Assembly: GCA_051530055.1 (NCBI GenBank)
Contig: CM121343.1
Span: 6,604,389-6,668,388 of the forward strand
Direction: 5' to 3'
DNA: 64,000 bases
DNA from: Neoechinorhynchus agilis
Taxonomy: Eukaryota > Animalia > Acanthocephala
Under the pieces are notes generated by a model. The model was not told where the DNA came from, did not search any database, and saw only the letters and a list, made by a program, of their open reading frames with translations. Shown here in pieces: positions 25,901 through 37,293 of this stretch. A program made the position numbers and the translations under genes. Every line of letters starts with the position of its first letter. Within the stretch, counting starts at the first letter, position 1.

Positions 25901-26910
25901 TAAATCGATAATTCGCTAAAAACAGTTTAGAATGATGAACATCTTTATGAGAAATCGTTACATTTACTTCTTTTTTATCGGGAATTATCAAATAATTGAT
26001 TTATTTGACTGAAGACCTTCTTTAGTCCATTGCTCTTATAAGTTACGAACTCAGATATTTTAAAACTTACAAGATCAATGAACAGAAGAAGGCCTAATAA
26101 ATCGATAATTCGCTAAAAACAGTTTAGAATGATGAACATCTTTATGAGAAATCGTTACATTTACTTCTTTTTTATCGGGAATTATCAAATAATTGATTTA
26201 TTTGACTGAAGACCTTCTTTAGTCCATTGCTCTTATAAGTTACGAACTCAGATATTTTAAAACTTACAAGATCAATAGACTGAAGAAGGTCTAATAAATC
26301 GATAATTCGCTAAAAACAGTTTAGAATGATGAACATCTTTATGAGAAATCGTTACATTTACTTCTTTTTTATCGGGAATTATCAAATAATTGATTTATTT
26401 GACTGAAGACCTTCTTTAGTCCATTGCTCTTATAAGTTACGAACTCAGATATTTTAAAACTTACAAGATCAATAGACTGAAGAAGGCCTAATAAATCGAT
26501 AATTCGCTAAAAACAGTTTAGAATGATGAACATCTTTATGAGAAATCGTTACATTTACTTCTTTTTTATCGGGAATTATCAAATAATTGATTTATTTGAC
26601 TGAAGACCTTCTTTAGTCCATTGCTCTTATAAGTTACGAACTCAGATATTTTAAAACTTACAAGATCAATGGACTGAAGAAGGTCTAATAAATCGATAAT
26701 TCGCTAAAAACAGTTTAGAATGATGAACATCTTTATGAGAAATCGTTACATTTACTTCTTTTTTATCGGGAATTATCAAATAATTGATTTATTTGACTGA
26801 AGACCTTCTTTAGTCCATTGCTCTTATAAGTTACGAACTCAGATATTTTAAAATTTACAAGATCAATAGACTGAAGGAGGCCTATGCGAAGGCCGAAAAT
26901 TATGAAATAA
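25901..26910. repeat. Tandem array 5, 197 bp unit, 5 copies, each with an internal inverted repeat of a hammerhead 5' half; ends in a full hammerhead-like core
   Basis: taaatcgata occurs at 25901, 26098, 26295 and 26492. The terminal 26871-26905 reads CUGAAGG-A-GGCCU(augcga)AGGCC-GAAA-AU-UA. Confidence 0.9.
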
Positions 26911-27186
26911 AAATAAATTAATTATTATAATTCGTTATAAAAAAGTGACTGTAAAGTTAGATATTCAAACCATTGTGTAAAAGCTTACTGATATTTTTTT
27001 ATAGAGTTGCATTGCGTTAAGCGTGAATTTGTCTAATGGCGAGATTTGAATCCATAGATCACGAAGTTTCGGGTATTCGCTGATTCGGCTTCAAGCAACA
27101 ACTGGAATTGTGCTCTTTTGGAAATGAGTAAGACATGAATCAATAATTTTAAAAAAGGCACAAAAAGAAGCCAATAAAAAAATTAT

Positions 27187-27366
27187 CGATGTTTGATTCA
27201 GAAAATAGATTTATCTTGAAAAAAAATTTCGGCCTTTTCGTTGGCCTTCTTCAGTCAATTGATTGTCAGTTTATAAATATTCGAACTTACAATCAATTGG
27301 CTTAAGAAGGCCAACGAAAAGGCCGAAATTTTTTCAATATAAATCTATTGCTGAATCAAGCATCGC
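27187..27366. mobile_element. Palindromic element with two hammerhead-like arms
   Basis: Inverted arms. The minus arm reads CUGAAGA-A-GGCC(aacgaaaa)GGCC-GAAA; the plus arm has G5U (CUUAAGA). Confidence 0.65.
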
Positions 27367-27620
27367 TAATTAAAACTGAAACTATAATGAATAATTTCTT
27401 TACAAAAAATTATCCGTAACATTATGATCAACACAAGGATTTTCTCGAAAAATTCAAGTAATTTACAAGAGTAAATGATCAGGAAAATTAGCTAAAGATA
27501 AAATCCATGAGTATGTGAAAGTGGGGAAAATTTTATATCCACGAATCACTTTAATTGAAATATTTCATCCAGCTTGTAAGTTTTTAAATAAACTCACATA
27601 TTTAGAAACTTACAAGTAAT

Positions 27621-27665
27621 AATTGACTGAAGAAGCCCAGTGTGATTGGATGAAATATTTCAATT
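27621..27665 (+). ncRNA. Minimal type-I hammerhead ribozyme in the right arm of palindrome 27516-27702
   Basis: AAUUGA-CUGAAGA-A-GCCCA(gugugau)UGGAU-GAAA-UA-UU-UCAAUU: perfect 6-bp stem I, intact core, palindromic AUAU helix III. Confidence 0.75.
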
Positions 27666-27799
27666 AAAGTGATTCTCGGATATGTAATTTTCCCCACTTT
27701 CAATATTTTTTACTTTCCGATCAAGTGTTAAACTTATCGTTTTTTCGATTATAATTTTTTTAATAAAGGAATTTTATTTGTTAGAGTACAAAACGTGCA

Positions 27800-28210
27800 A
27801 TCACCACCGTTTGGCTGTCGCTATAAGGCTAGCAGCATTGCTTCGTTGTACTGCGAGTCTCCGGTCGTTTAAATTTTTTCAAGAGATCCTGGAGCAGAGT
27901 GCCGAGCTGCTAAGTGCTCCATACGTCTCTACTCCGAAAGGGACAAAATAGTTGGTCCTTGCTAAATCCCAATATTTTCGTTCTTTTTGATTTATTTTGA
28001 GCAAATGTTTCACACCGCGCGCGCGCGCTGATTGGCTGCATAAGTCATCAATTAACTTTGGTGGCGCAAGCGTTTGCCACTTGTACTCATAGATCTCAAA
28101 AGTATGACGCATATAAAGAACTCACAGCTTTTCTGCTTGTGTAGGCATAATGAACGCGTTTTTTGCGAGAAAGACCACCACATTTTTCGAGTTCATTACG
28201 TCATTTCTAG
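27800..28210 (-). mobile_element. Decayed 3' part of a CRE/NeSL-like retrotransposon (RLE domain)
   Basis: KERKYWDLARTNYFVPFGVETYG followed, with frameshifts, by QRSNAASLIATAKRW*. Confidence 0.75.
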
Positions 28211-28341
28211 GAAGCATAATGAGTGCGCTGTTCATTGTTGATTATACGCGACCACGGAAGAACGTGAAAGTTCCACCATCAGTGCATAAAGCGTAGTCGC
28301 TGCTTTAATTTTTTTTAGAGATGCTTTTGTCTGAGTTCTCG

Positions 28342-31300
28342 ATGGTGTTTCCGAATAAACTGATTGCGGTGAGTTCAAAGGTCTTTTTCGATCAATAACG
28401 ATCGATACGTTTAGGGATTAGTTTTATCGTCATCAAAGAGGTCGATAAGCACTACATATTCGAGATATGCCTTTCCGTCTACTAGCAAAGCGGTTGGTCG
28501 TTCATTTAAGGAAATTCACTTGAGAATTTGTTTATAGACAACGTTCAAGGACTACAAAGTTGTTGATCATAAATATGATGCTCTTGTCATTGGAGCTGGT
28601 GGCGCTGGTCTACGAGCGGCTTACGGACTTGCAAGCATGGGATACTCAACGGCTGTCATATCGAAATTATTTCCCACCAGGAGTCATACGGTTGCTGCTC
28701 AAGGGGGTGTAAATGCGGCCCTCGGTAACATGGAACCCGATGATTGGCGGTGGCATCATTATGATACGGTAAAAGGTTCTGATTGGTTAGGAGACCAAGA
28801 TGCCATTCAAGTTATGTGCGAAAGAGCAGCTCAATCCGTAATCGCAATGGAAAACTACGGACTACCTTTTAGTCGAACAAAAGAAGGCAAAATCTATCAA
28901 AGAGCTTTCGGTGGACAAAGCTATGATTATGGAAAAGGAGGACAAGCTCATCGATGCTGCTGCGTCGCTGATCGAACTGGTCATGCCATCCTTCATACTT
29001 TATATGGACAGTCCTTGAGATATCCAAATATTGGTTACTTCATTGAGTATTTTGCTCTAGATCTCTTATCGCAAAGATAGTCACTTTCGGGATATTCGGG
29101 TGTTTCGAAATACTTCCATTCAATGTCAAATTTGTAATTTGTTCGCTTTCAGCTTCGTTTAACTGTACAAACGTTGCCGGTGAATCGTAAATGATCCATT
29201 AAGACTCTTGTGGAAACTGAGGCAACTTCCCAGCCCCGAATGAAAGTGTACACTTTCCCCTGGGGATAGAACGTTTTATTAAAGACGTTTCGGACATCGT
29301 CGATTCACCATCAGTTCGTTTAGACGCTTCGAGAGGTTTACAATTGATGATGATCCCTACGAGCTTCGAAACGTCTTAAATAAAACTTTCTCTGCGCGTC
29401 GAAGACTAAAACAACAAATTCTGTTGTGTAGAGTTAAAATATTTTACGAATTGGAATAATAGATTAAATTTGTTGTTTTGGTGTCCGACGAGCTTTGAAA
29501 CGTCTTTAATAAAACTTTCTCTGCGCGTCGAAGACTAAAACAACAAATTCTGTTGTGTAGAGTTAAAATATTTTACGAATTGGAATAATAGATTAAATTT
29601 GTTGTTTTGGTGTCCGACGAGCTTTGAAACGTCTTTAATAAAACGTTCTCTGAGCGTCGAAGACTAAAACAACAAATTCTGTTGTTTAGAGTTGAAATAC
29701 TTTACGGTTCGGGATAATAGATTAAATTTGTGGTTTTGGTGTCCGACGAGCTTTGAAACGTCTTTAATAAAACGTTCTCTGAGCGTCGAAGACTAAAACA
29801 ACAAATTCTGTTGCGTAGAGTTAAAATACTTTACGAATTGGAATAATAGATTAAATTTGTTGTTTTGGTGTCCGACGAGCTTCGAAACGTCCTTATTAAA
29901 ACGTTCTCTGCGCGTCGAAGACTAAAACAACAAATTCTGTTGTGTAGAGTTAAAATAATTTACGAATTGGGATAATAGATTAAATTTGTTGTTTTGGTGT
30001 TTAACGAGCTTTGAAACGTCTTCTACCGGGCGGAAACCAGAACAACAAATTTGAGAGTAAAGACAATTTCTCCTATAAGACGATTTTTATCGAAACTGCC
30101 TTTTAATAATGTTTTAAGGGTGTTTGTGGGCACTAAGAATTCAGGTTTCAAATTCAGAAATCTTTTTGAACGATCAAAGTTTGGTAAATTGTTGGAGCAT
30201 TTATATTATTGCCCTTTCCTTTTTAATCTTTACTGACTTCAGTTGATTATCTCTGCCTTAATGGCTCAAAATTCAACTAATTCGAGTCCTCAGTGCTTGG
30301 GTGCAATCTGTATTAATCTTGAAGATGGAGTATTTCATCGCTTTCACGCTGGCAATACGATTATAGCCACCGGTGGGGCCGGTCGTGCTTATTTCTCGTG
30401 TACTTCTGCTCATACCTGCACTGGTGACGGCACAGCCATGGTGACCAGAGCCAACTTGCCTAATCAAGATCAAGAATTTGTTCAATTCCATCCGACTGGC
30501 ATATATGGCGCTGGATGTTTGATGACCGAAGGATGTCGCGGTGAAGGCGGCTACTTGATAAATTCGGACGGAGTTAGGTTTATGGAGAAATACGCACCAA
30601 ACGCAAAGGACTTAGCTAGCCGCGATGTAGTATCCCGTGCAATGACAATTGAGATAAGAGAAGGACGAGGTGTTGGTAAGAACCGAGATCATATTTACCT
30701 CAAACTTAATCATTTGGATCCCAAACTCCTTCAAGAAAGATTGCCGGGTATATCTGAGACTGCTATGGTTTTCTCTGGAGTAGATGTCACTAAGGAACCC
30801 ATACCTGTGATCCCTACGGTCCACTACAACATGGGTGGTGTTCCAACCGACTACAAAGGCCGGGTTATTACGTACGACGAAGAAGCGAGACGAGACATAG
30901 TCGTCCGGGGTCTTCTCGCATGCGGCGAAGCTGCGAGTGCTTCTGTTCATGGCGCGAATCGACTTGGTGCTAATTCTTTGCTTGATCTAATTGTTTTTGG
31001 CGAGGTTTGTGCGGATACGATAGCCGAGGTGGCTAAACCAGGAGATCCACTGGTACCCCTTCCGTCTAATGCCGGTGAAGCATCGATTGCCAATGTTGAT
31101 CACTTAAGGCGAACGTCGAAATTGTCCGATTCTACGCCAACTGGATCATCCACAGCTCGACTTCGATTAAAAATGCAACAAACAATGCAGAAGCACGCCG
31201 CTGTATTTAGAGAAGGAGAGACACTTAAGAAAGGATGTGAGTTAATGAAGGATTTGTACGAAGAAGTCGATCGGGAATTGGTTGTTAGAGACCGCAGTCT

Positions 31301-31628
31301 AATCTGGAACTCCGATTTAATCGAAGCGCTTGAACTTCAGAACCTTATGTTGAACGCTGTTCAGACTGTTGAAGGCGCGTATGCACGCAAGGAGAGCAGA
31401 GGGGCTCATGCGAGAGAAGATTTCAAGCAAAGAGTCGACGAATTAGACTATTCAAAACCTCTCGAGGGACAACAGCAAAAACCATTTGAACAACATTGGC
31501 GAAAGCATACTCTTGCCCGTACTGATGTCAAAACGGGAAAAGTCACTCTCAGCTATCGCCCAGTCATTGATAAAACCCTTGACGTAGAAAAAGTCAAAAC
31601 TGTTCCGCCGTTCCCTAGAAAGTACTAA
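28342..31628 (+). CDS. SDHA: Succinate dehydrogenase flavoprotein subunit, mitochondrial
   Basis: Exons 28342-28368, 28415-28492, 28538-29068 and 30261-31628. Ser/Arg-rich transit peptide, [64 protein letters not shown]. Two GT-AG introns plus a 1192-nt non-canonical insert. Confidence 0.97.
29368..30020. repeat. Tandem array 6, 129 bp unit, ~5 copies, nested inside the SDHA insert
   Basis: gaaacgtc at 29368, 29497, 29626, 29755, 29884 and 30013. Confidence 0.93.
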
Positions 31629-32353
31629 GAACATATCGCCTAATAGTCAGCCGAATAAAAACAGATTTCACTGCAGACTTACAGAGAAAGTCTTAGTATT
31701 AAACATTCCCATCCGTGATAAGATCTATAATAGGCATCAATAACACTCCAAGTTGGAGCTTCGGGCGATTCCTTAGGACGGATAAGCAATCGCTTCTTTG
31801 GGTGGTTAATTTATGGGATTTTTTAGAATTGATTGCATTTGAAACCTGAACGCCGAAACTTTGTGAAGTGACGAACTTGTGAATCCAAGATACGAGGATC
31901 GAAATATTGAATGTAATTATTAGTTGCAGTTTCTTAAAAGTTTAACTAGCTAACCATATTCTCTATGGCCAAAATTAATCTTTGAGGGTATCAAGTGAAT
32001 TTCGACTTTTCTTGCCTTACAGTGAGCATTAAAGTTAGACAAAATGAAATGTTTTTTATTTCATAATCTCGTTTTATTGAGAATCGAAACCTGTGGTAAG
32101 ACGAATTCGTTTTATTATTTGCCAAAATCAAGCAATTGCCCAGACGTTATAGGGCGAAGGCTAGGCAAATCAATGAGCTATATCTGTAGGTCTAAAACCA
32201 AATTATCTATAATTAAGACACGCAGCGAAATATTTATAAAGATTTGTTAAGCAAAAAACCTTCTTAGTACTCCTTGGCTCATTAGTGAGAATGAGTTAAA
32301 CACACACCTCTTAAACGCTTCAAAGAGATAATTATAGTATTGGTTTTCTATCG

Positions 32354-32608
32354 TTAAATCGCATATTCATTGTTAGTTCTTAAGACTCGATGACACCAAG
32401 GATGCTTGGCACAATGCTTTTTCATTTCCAACCATTCGCTTCGACCAATGTCCGCACGTGGATACCATTGACTGAGTAGAACATCTTTGTATTCGTTTTC
32501 GGAGATGAAGCTCGAATCAAAGATAATTGGTCCAAATTTGTTGTGAGTAAATGCCGCACTCGTTGAGATCAGTGCTGACATTAAGATCAAAAAGGCTGCT
32601 GCGTTCAT
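32354..32608 (-). CDS. Small secreted protein / possible neuropeptide precursor (84 aa)
   Basis: Hydrophobic N-terminus MNAAAFLILMSALISTSAA-F, a dibasic KK, then HCAKHPWC with two cysteines. Confidence 0.5.
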   Translation of the reverse strand: MNAAAFLILMSALISTSAAFTHNKFGPIIFDSSFISENEYKDVLLSQWYPRADIGRSEWLEMKKHCAKHPWCHRVLRTNNEYAI

Positions 32609-33539
32609 CTTTCGACAATATTCTCGTTTTTCGAATCAAACACCTTTTGTATAGTTGAGCAGTTGACTCAGATAAAAATAACTTAAAAGAAACGCTCGGC
32701 TTTGAAACAATGAATCAGTCTTGACGATAGAGTTTGCGATTTAGTCGCTTTAAAAACGAATTTTGTAAGCATGAACGTTCTTTGCAAGATAAAATTTCCC
32801 GAATATTCAGAAATGAAGGTTGTATGACCTAAGACAATTGCATTTGGAACGCTCAGAATTATCCGCCAATGCTTATAAAAGATGATTGATTATGGCGGAA
32901 AATTAAAGGAATTATTCGGTTATTCTGGTACAATCTCGTACGCGTTTATCGAGGCTGTAAAAGTGTTTAATCCATGAAAAAAGGCACGAGGTTGTGCGTC
33001 CGAAATATCGGATTTAATTTTTCCACCACAAAAACGAGCATGAGTAGTTCAATACAATTTTGGACGCTTTGAAATTAATCCAACCAAACGGATTGCGGCG
33101 TTGTTTATAAGACTAATTGAATAAATTCGTTTTTGTGGCTTTGATTTTTAAAATTTTACGTTTAGCTTTCAAATGATGATCAGTCTCCCTCGAAATTGAG
33201 ATCCTTGAGGCTAATTGAACATTTTCGCGTTGGATGGATGGTGGATAGGATGTTCAATTGGTATTGCTCGCAAAATAGCGCCAAGTAACTCCCGAAAAAA
33301 CTATTTTTACCGGCAAATCTCAAACCGATCTAATTTCTCATATCATTTCTGAATCGAACCTTCACATTTCTCTTACTAAAGAATAAAAACAAATCGATGA
33401 ATTTGGAATTGCGGTGAAGATATTCCCGGTAAAAAGGTACTTTACCTTTCAAACCTCATCATCCCGAAATATTTTCTATTTATGATTAATCCATAGTCTA
33501 AAATATCAACTAAACAGCCGATTAGATTTCGTTTTTCAT

Positions 33540-34010
33540 TCTTGTAAACATCCCGACGTCGCCAGAATACTGGCAGCGTTCCCTCGGTGTATCGCGATTC
33601 GTTGAGTGAGGAAATTTCTCGAGCGCGGTTCCCCCGTCATCCTCTTCGTCCCAAATCGTCGAGGTCCCAAGACTCCATGCGTTTCCACGGCAAAAGGGAC
33701 GAAATGGTAATTCCTTAGGAGCTCTCTATATTTTGAACGCTTTCGTTCCTCAGCTACGACCGCTGAACCTCCAGGGCTCTTTTTTGAAAAAAGGGAAAAT
33801 TACAGGGTCGCATCCCATAAAAGCGGTTTCCCCTCCCGCCATGGACCATTATGAACTTTATTCAAAAATGATGAATCCCACGGATCTTTTGGATCTCAAC
33901 TGCGTCATGAAAGTAGCAACTTTGATTCTGCCGTAGACGAGGCCATTTCCTTTGGAACAAAGTCGATGTTCATCGAGATTGAACATCGGTGAACCTTTAA
34001 ATTCGGGTTA
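33540..34010 (-). mobile_element. Decayed 3' part of a CRE/NeSL-like retrotransposon (RLE domain)
   Basis: WREGKPLLWDATL, then AEERKRSKYRELLRNYHFVPFAVETHG...FLTQRIAIHRGNAASILAT. Confidence 0.8.
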
Positions 34011-35093
34011 TTGATCGTTGGTGTCCTCAAAACTCCCTTGGCGTGTGCTCAAGTGCACCGAATCAGTTCTATTTTTTATTATTATTCATAAATACGAGAA
34101 ATCGTGCAAGGTTCAATCACCAAGAGAAAGCCCGTCGAGATGATGGAGATAATTCCCCATTTTATCGGTATATTTCGAAAGAAGAAGCCTTATCGGTCAT
34201 CTGAAAGGATTTGCTTGGTATTACATGGACCGATGACTGATTAGGCTCCCGCTTTCCAAAAATTTTAATTCAATAAAATATTATTTTATCTTATGCATGG
34301 CACACAGCTCACTGATATCTCGGATTAGAGAAGCTCATAAAATCACACTTAAAACCGTACGATTATGAGTTTAAGGTACGAATTTTCCGGATCCCCTCCA
34401 AGGAGACTCATCCGTGAGTTTCGCCCTTCAGCGATACGTCGTCCCCTTTGGTTATTAGTCATCGGCGATGATCGATTATGAACCTTTTGACCCTGAAAAG
34501 GGGATTCGGGTTTTTTGCAAAGATTACGAAAAATTGTTTTTGGATTCATTGGTTTTTAGTTGGCTTCTCAACAGAATACATTCCAAACGTTCTCGAATCA
34601 TTGAACCGTTGATATATTGTCTGGAAGCATTTCCGCTAAGTAGTGGCTTTAATTTAACGAGTCTGAAGACTCGCTGAATTTCGGCACAAAACGATTTTCG
34701 GATCGGGACAGAGTGGCGCATTTGTCTACAGAGTCACTTTTTCGTAGTCTTTGCATTAAAAACCTCCGAAACAGTAGGATAATTACACTGAAAAAAGTCA
34801 AGTTGAGATTGTCCCAAAGATCGCAATATTGAGAATCGCGTTTATAAATTGAAAACCGGATGAAATCTCATTATCCACCTTAGGCGAATTAATTTTCGCA
34901 GTGCAACGAAATTCTTTTATAAGCATGAGAAATCTCGGTTTTTTTAACTTGGTGAGAACTTTAAATAATAATTCTAATCGTAAATCGACGAATGAGCACA
35001 AATTCTCAATTGCGATTTCGATTTGAAGTACTATTTTCTTAACTCTGAATCTAACGAAATCTCATTTGCAGATAGATATTCCCTAATTGATCG

Positions 35094-36462
35094 ATGGAGG
35101 GTTTCTTATGTCCAATATGTCTATGTGATCTCGGCCGGCCTGATTTCCTGCAGACTCATTTCGAACAAGTGCATGGTGGTGGTGGTGGCACTGCACCGAA
35201 TGATGATATGTTCACGATTAAATCATTGATTAATCGTGCAAAAGACAAACTTCGCAGTACTGTGTCCAATCCTGCAAGTTCAACCGCAAATAATGAAAGT
35301 TCATCCTTAAGTACAAGTAATAGTTATATTGACGGCATTATTCATGCCGAACAAGAAGACATCGTTACCCGTAGTAGAACAAGTTTGTTTCTAAGCAGCC
35401 GGGGAACCCGATCAAGCTATCGACAATCATTGAACATCCAGATGATTCGTAAGCTAGAAAAACTTGTAGATTTGTTGAAGCGGAGAAATCAATATTCTAG
35501 ACGTAATTTAAGAGTTATGGAGAAACATATTACCGCTTGGGCTGACGATCGTGACATTAATAGGTGCCCCGATTGTTCATCTCAATTCAATTTGAGTCGC
35601 AGAAGGCATCATTGCCGTTTCTGTGGTTTCGTTATGTGTTCAAAGTGTTCAAAATTCCTTGATTTGAAACGAGCGTGTGATCTACTCAATGTGCTGAACA
35701 ATCACGTCGTCGATAATATGTCATTGGAAAACAATTCTTTGGGAACATCGAGTTCACCTAATAACTCCACTCGATCAGTAATCTCGACGGCACTTAGCAC
35801 TTTCATAATTGCACCGATCGATAACTCGAATGATTTTATTAGATCGCATCGATTTTCAATTTCTGTATTGAAAGTCATGTGCTAGAATATGCATGACTTG
35901 TGACGATGACTTAAATGAAGCAATTTCATGTGGAAGCCGCAAATCGAACAGTGTTTTCATTGGAAACTCATCTAATGCCTTATCGGTGACAAATCACTCA
36001 AAAAACTCAATGGTCCATGTTCTATTCAATCGGTTGAAGATTTTAATATCACAAGATGTCCACAACGACGACCATAATCGAAATGCAGATAAAATAAGAA
36101 ACATTATAACCGAAATCGATCAGTACTTAGCAGATAAAAAAAGCCGTAAACCTTCTATTTCTCACAGGGAACAAATAGTTCTTAACAACGTTAAGTCATT
36201 CGCTATTTTATCCCTCAGAGAAATTCTTACAAAGGCGAATGCTGTTTCAAATGAACTCAAAGAGCCTACAGAACTGAAGAGTGACCGAGAAATCGGTGAG
36301 TTGGATAATCTTTTAGAGGATCAAATTGATCGCACCTATCAAAGAATGGAAGCTGCTAAAAGGTGCCGCAAATTCGATGACGCGGCGATGTTGCAAGCAA
36401 GTCTTGATCAATTAACGATCGATAGAGAAAAATTGAAAACGTACTCAAACAGAAACTCGTAG
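35094..36462 (+). CDS. RBSN: Rabenosyn-5 (C2H2 zinc finger, FYVE domain, C-terminal Rab-binding helical domain)
   Basis: FLCPIC..THFEQVH; WADD..CPDC..RRRHHCRFCG; C-terminal LLEDQI...AKR..KFDDAAMLQASL. The two ORFs join by removing 43 nt (35842-35884), giving DFIRICMTC. Confidence 0.88.
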
Positions 36463-37049
36463 CAGTAAATTTGTAAAACGTATACTTCAGTCTTAAAGAA
36501 ATTGTTCATTATAAAACCATCATAAAACCCGATTGTTATCAAAATTTATCACGCCAAGGCCTTCCTTAAATGTTTTGTAATGAAATTTATGAAAATTTAG
36601 CAAGTAGATTCTGTTGCCGATCGTTGATAGATTATAGGGATTGAGCTTTCCTTTCATATCAGTCAGGTTTTTAAAATCCTCCAAAGATAATCATTCAAAA
36701 ACACTACCGGTTGGTTGACTGTTTTTCGTTTAGTGCCAGTTTGGACCTTTTCTATACGCCATAAAATATATTCTATCCATCAATATCGCACGGGACCGGA
36801 AAGTCCCAACCTCACAAGCTCTCCTGCAAACAATAATCCGCCAAATCCTACCTGAACGGACATCCCACGACTGGATATCCTCACCCGAACTAGCATCCCT
36901 CCGACCGGATATTCCCACCCGAACGGACACCCCCCGGATATTCATACTCCACATAGCCCGCAATCCACTCAAAAATCAAAAACCGCGTGTTTATGACGAC
37001 CCAAAAGTTGATGGGTGTAAAAATGTCGATATGTGAGCTACCGGGGAAA

Positions 37050-37082
37050 AGACGTTTCGTACCTCGTCGGGTTCATCATCAG
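37050..37082 (-). ncRNA. Penelope-type minimal hammerhead motif (degenerate relatives at 29284-29314 minus, 29344-29375 plus, 37093-37113 plus, 58300-58335 plus)
   Basis: CUGAUGA-U-GAACC(cgacga)GGUAC-GAAA-CG-UC with palindromic ACGU helix III. Confidence 0.65.
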
Positions 37083-37293
37083 CTTGTTCGTTACCGACGA
37101 GGTTCGAAACGTCTTTAATAAATAATCATTTACCGGGTGTAAACCTAAACAATAATTCATGGGTGTAATCTTTTAAGCACAAATAATAAAACGTGTTATT
37201 GAAATGGATTATCCTGACACTTTAAGAGTAAGGTAAACCGTACCTTAAATTCATTAAACATGCTTAAAAAGTTTCCATTGAAAGTTTAACTGC

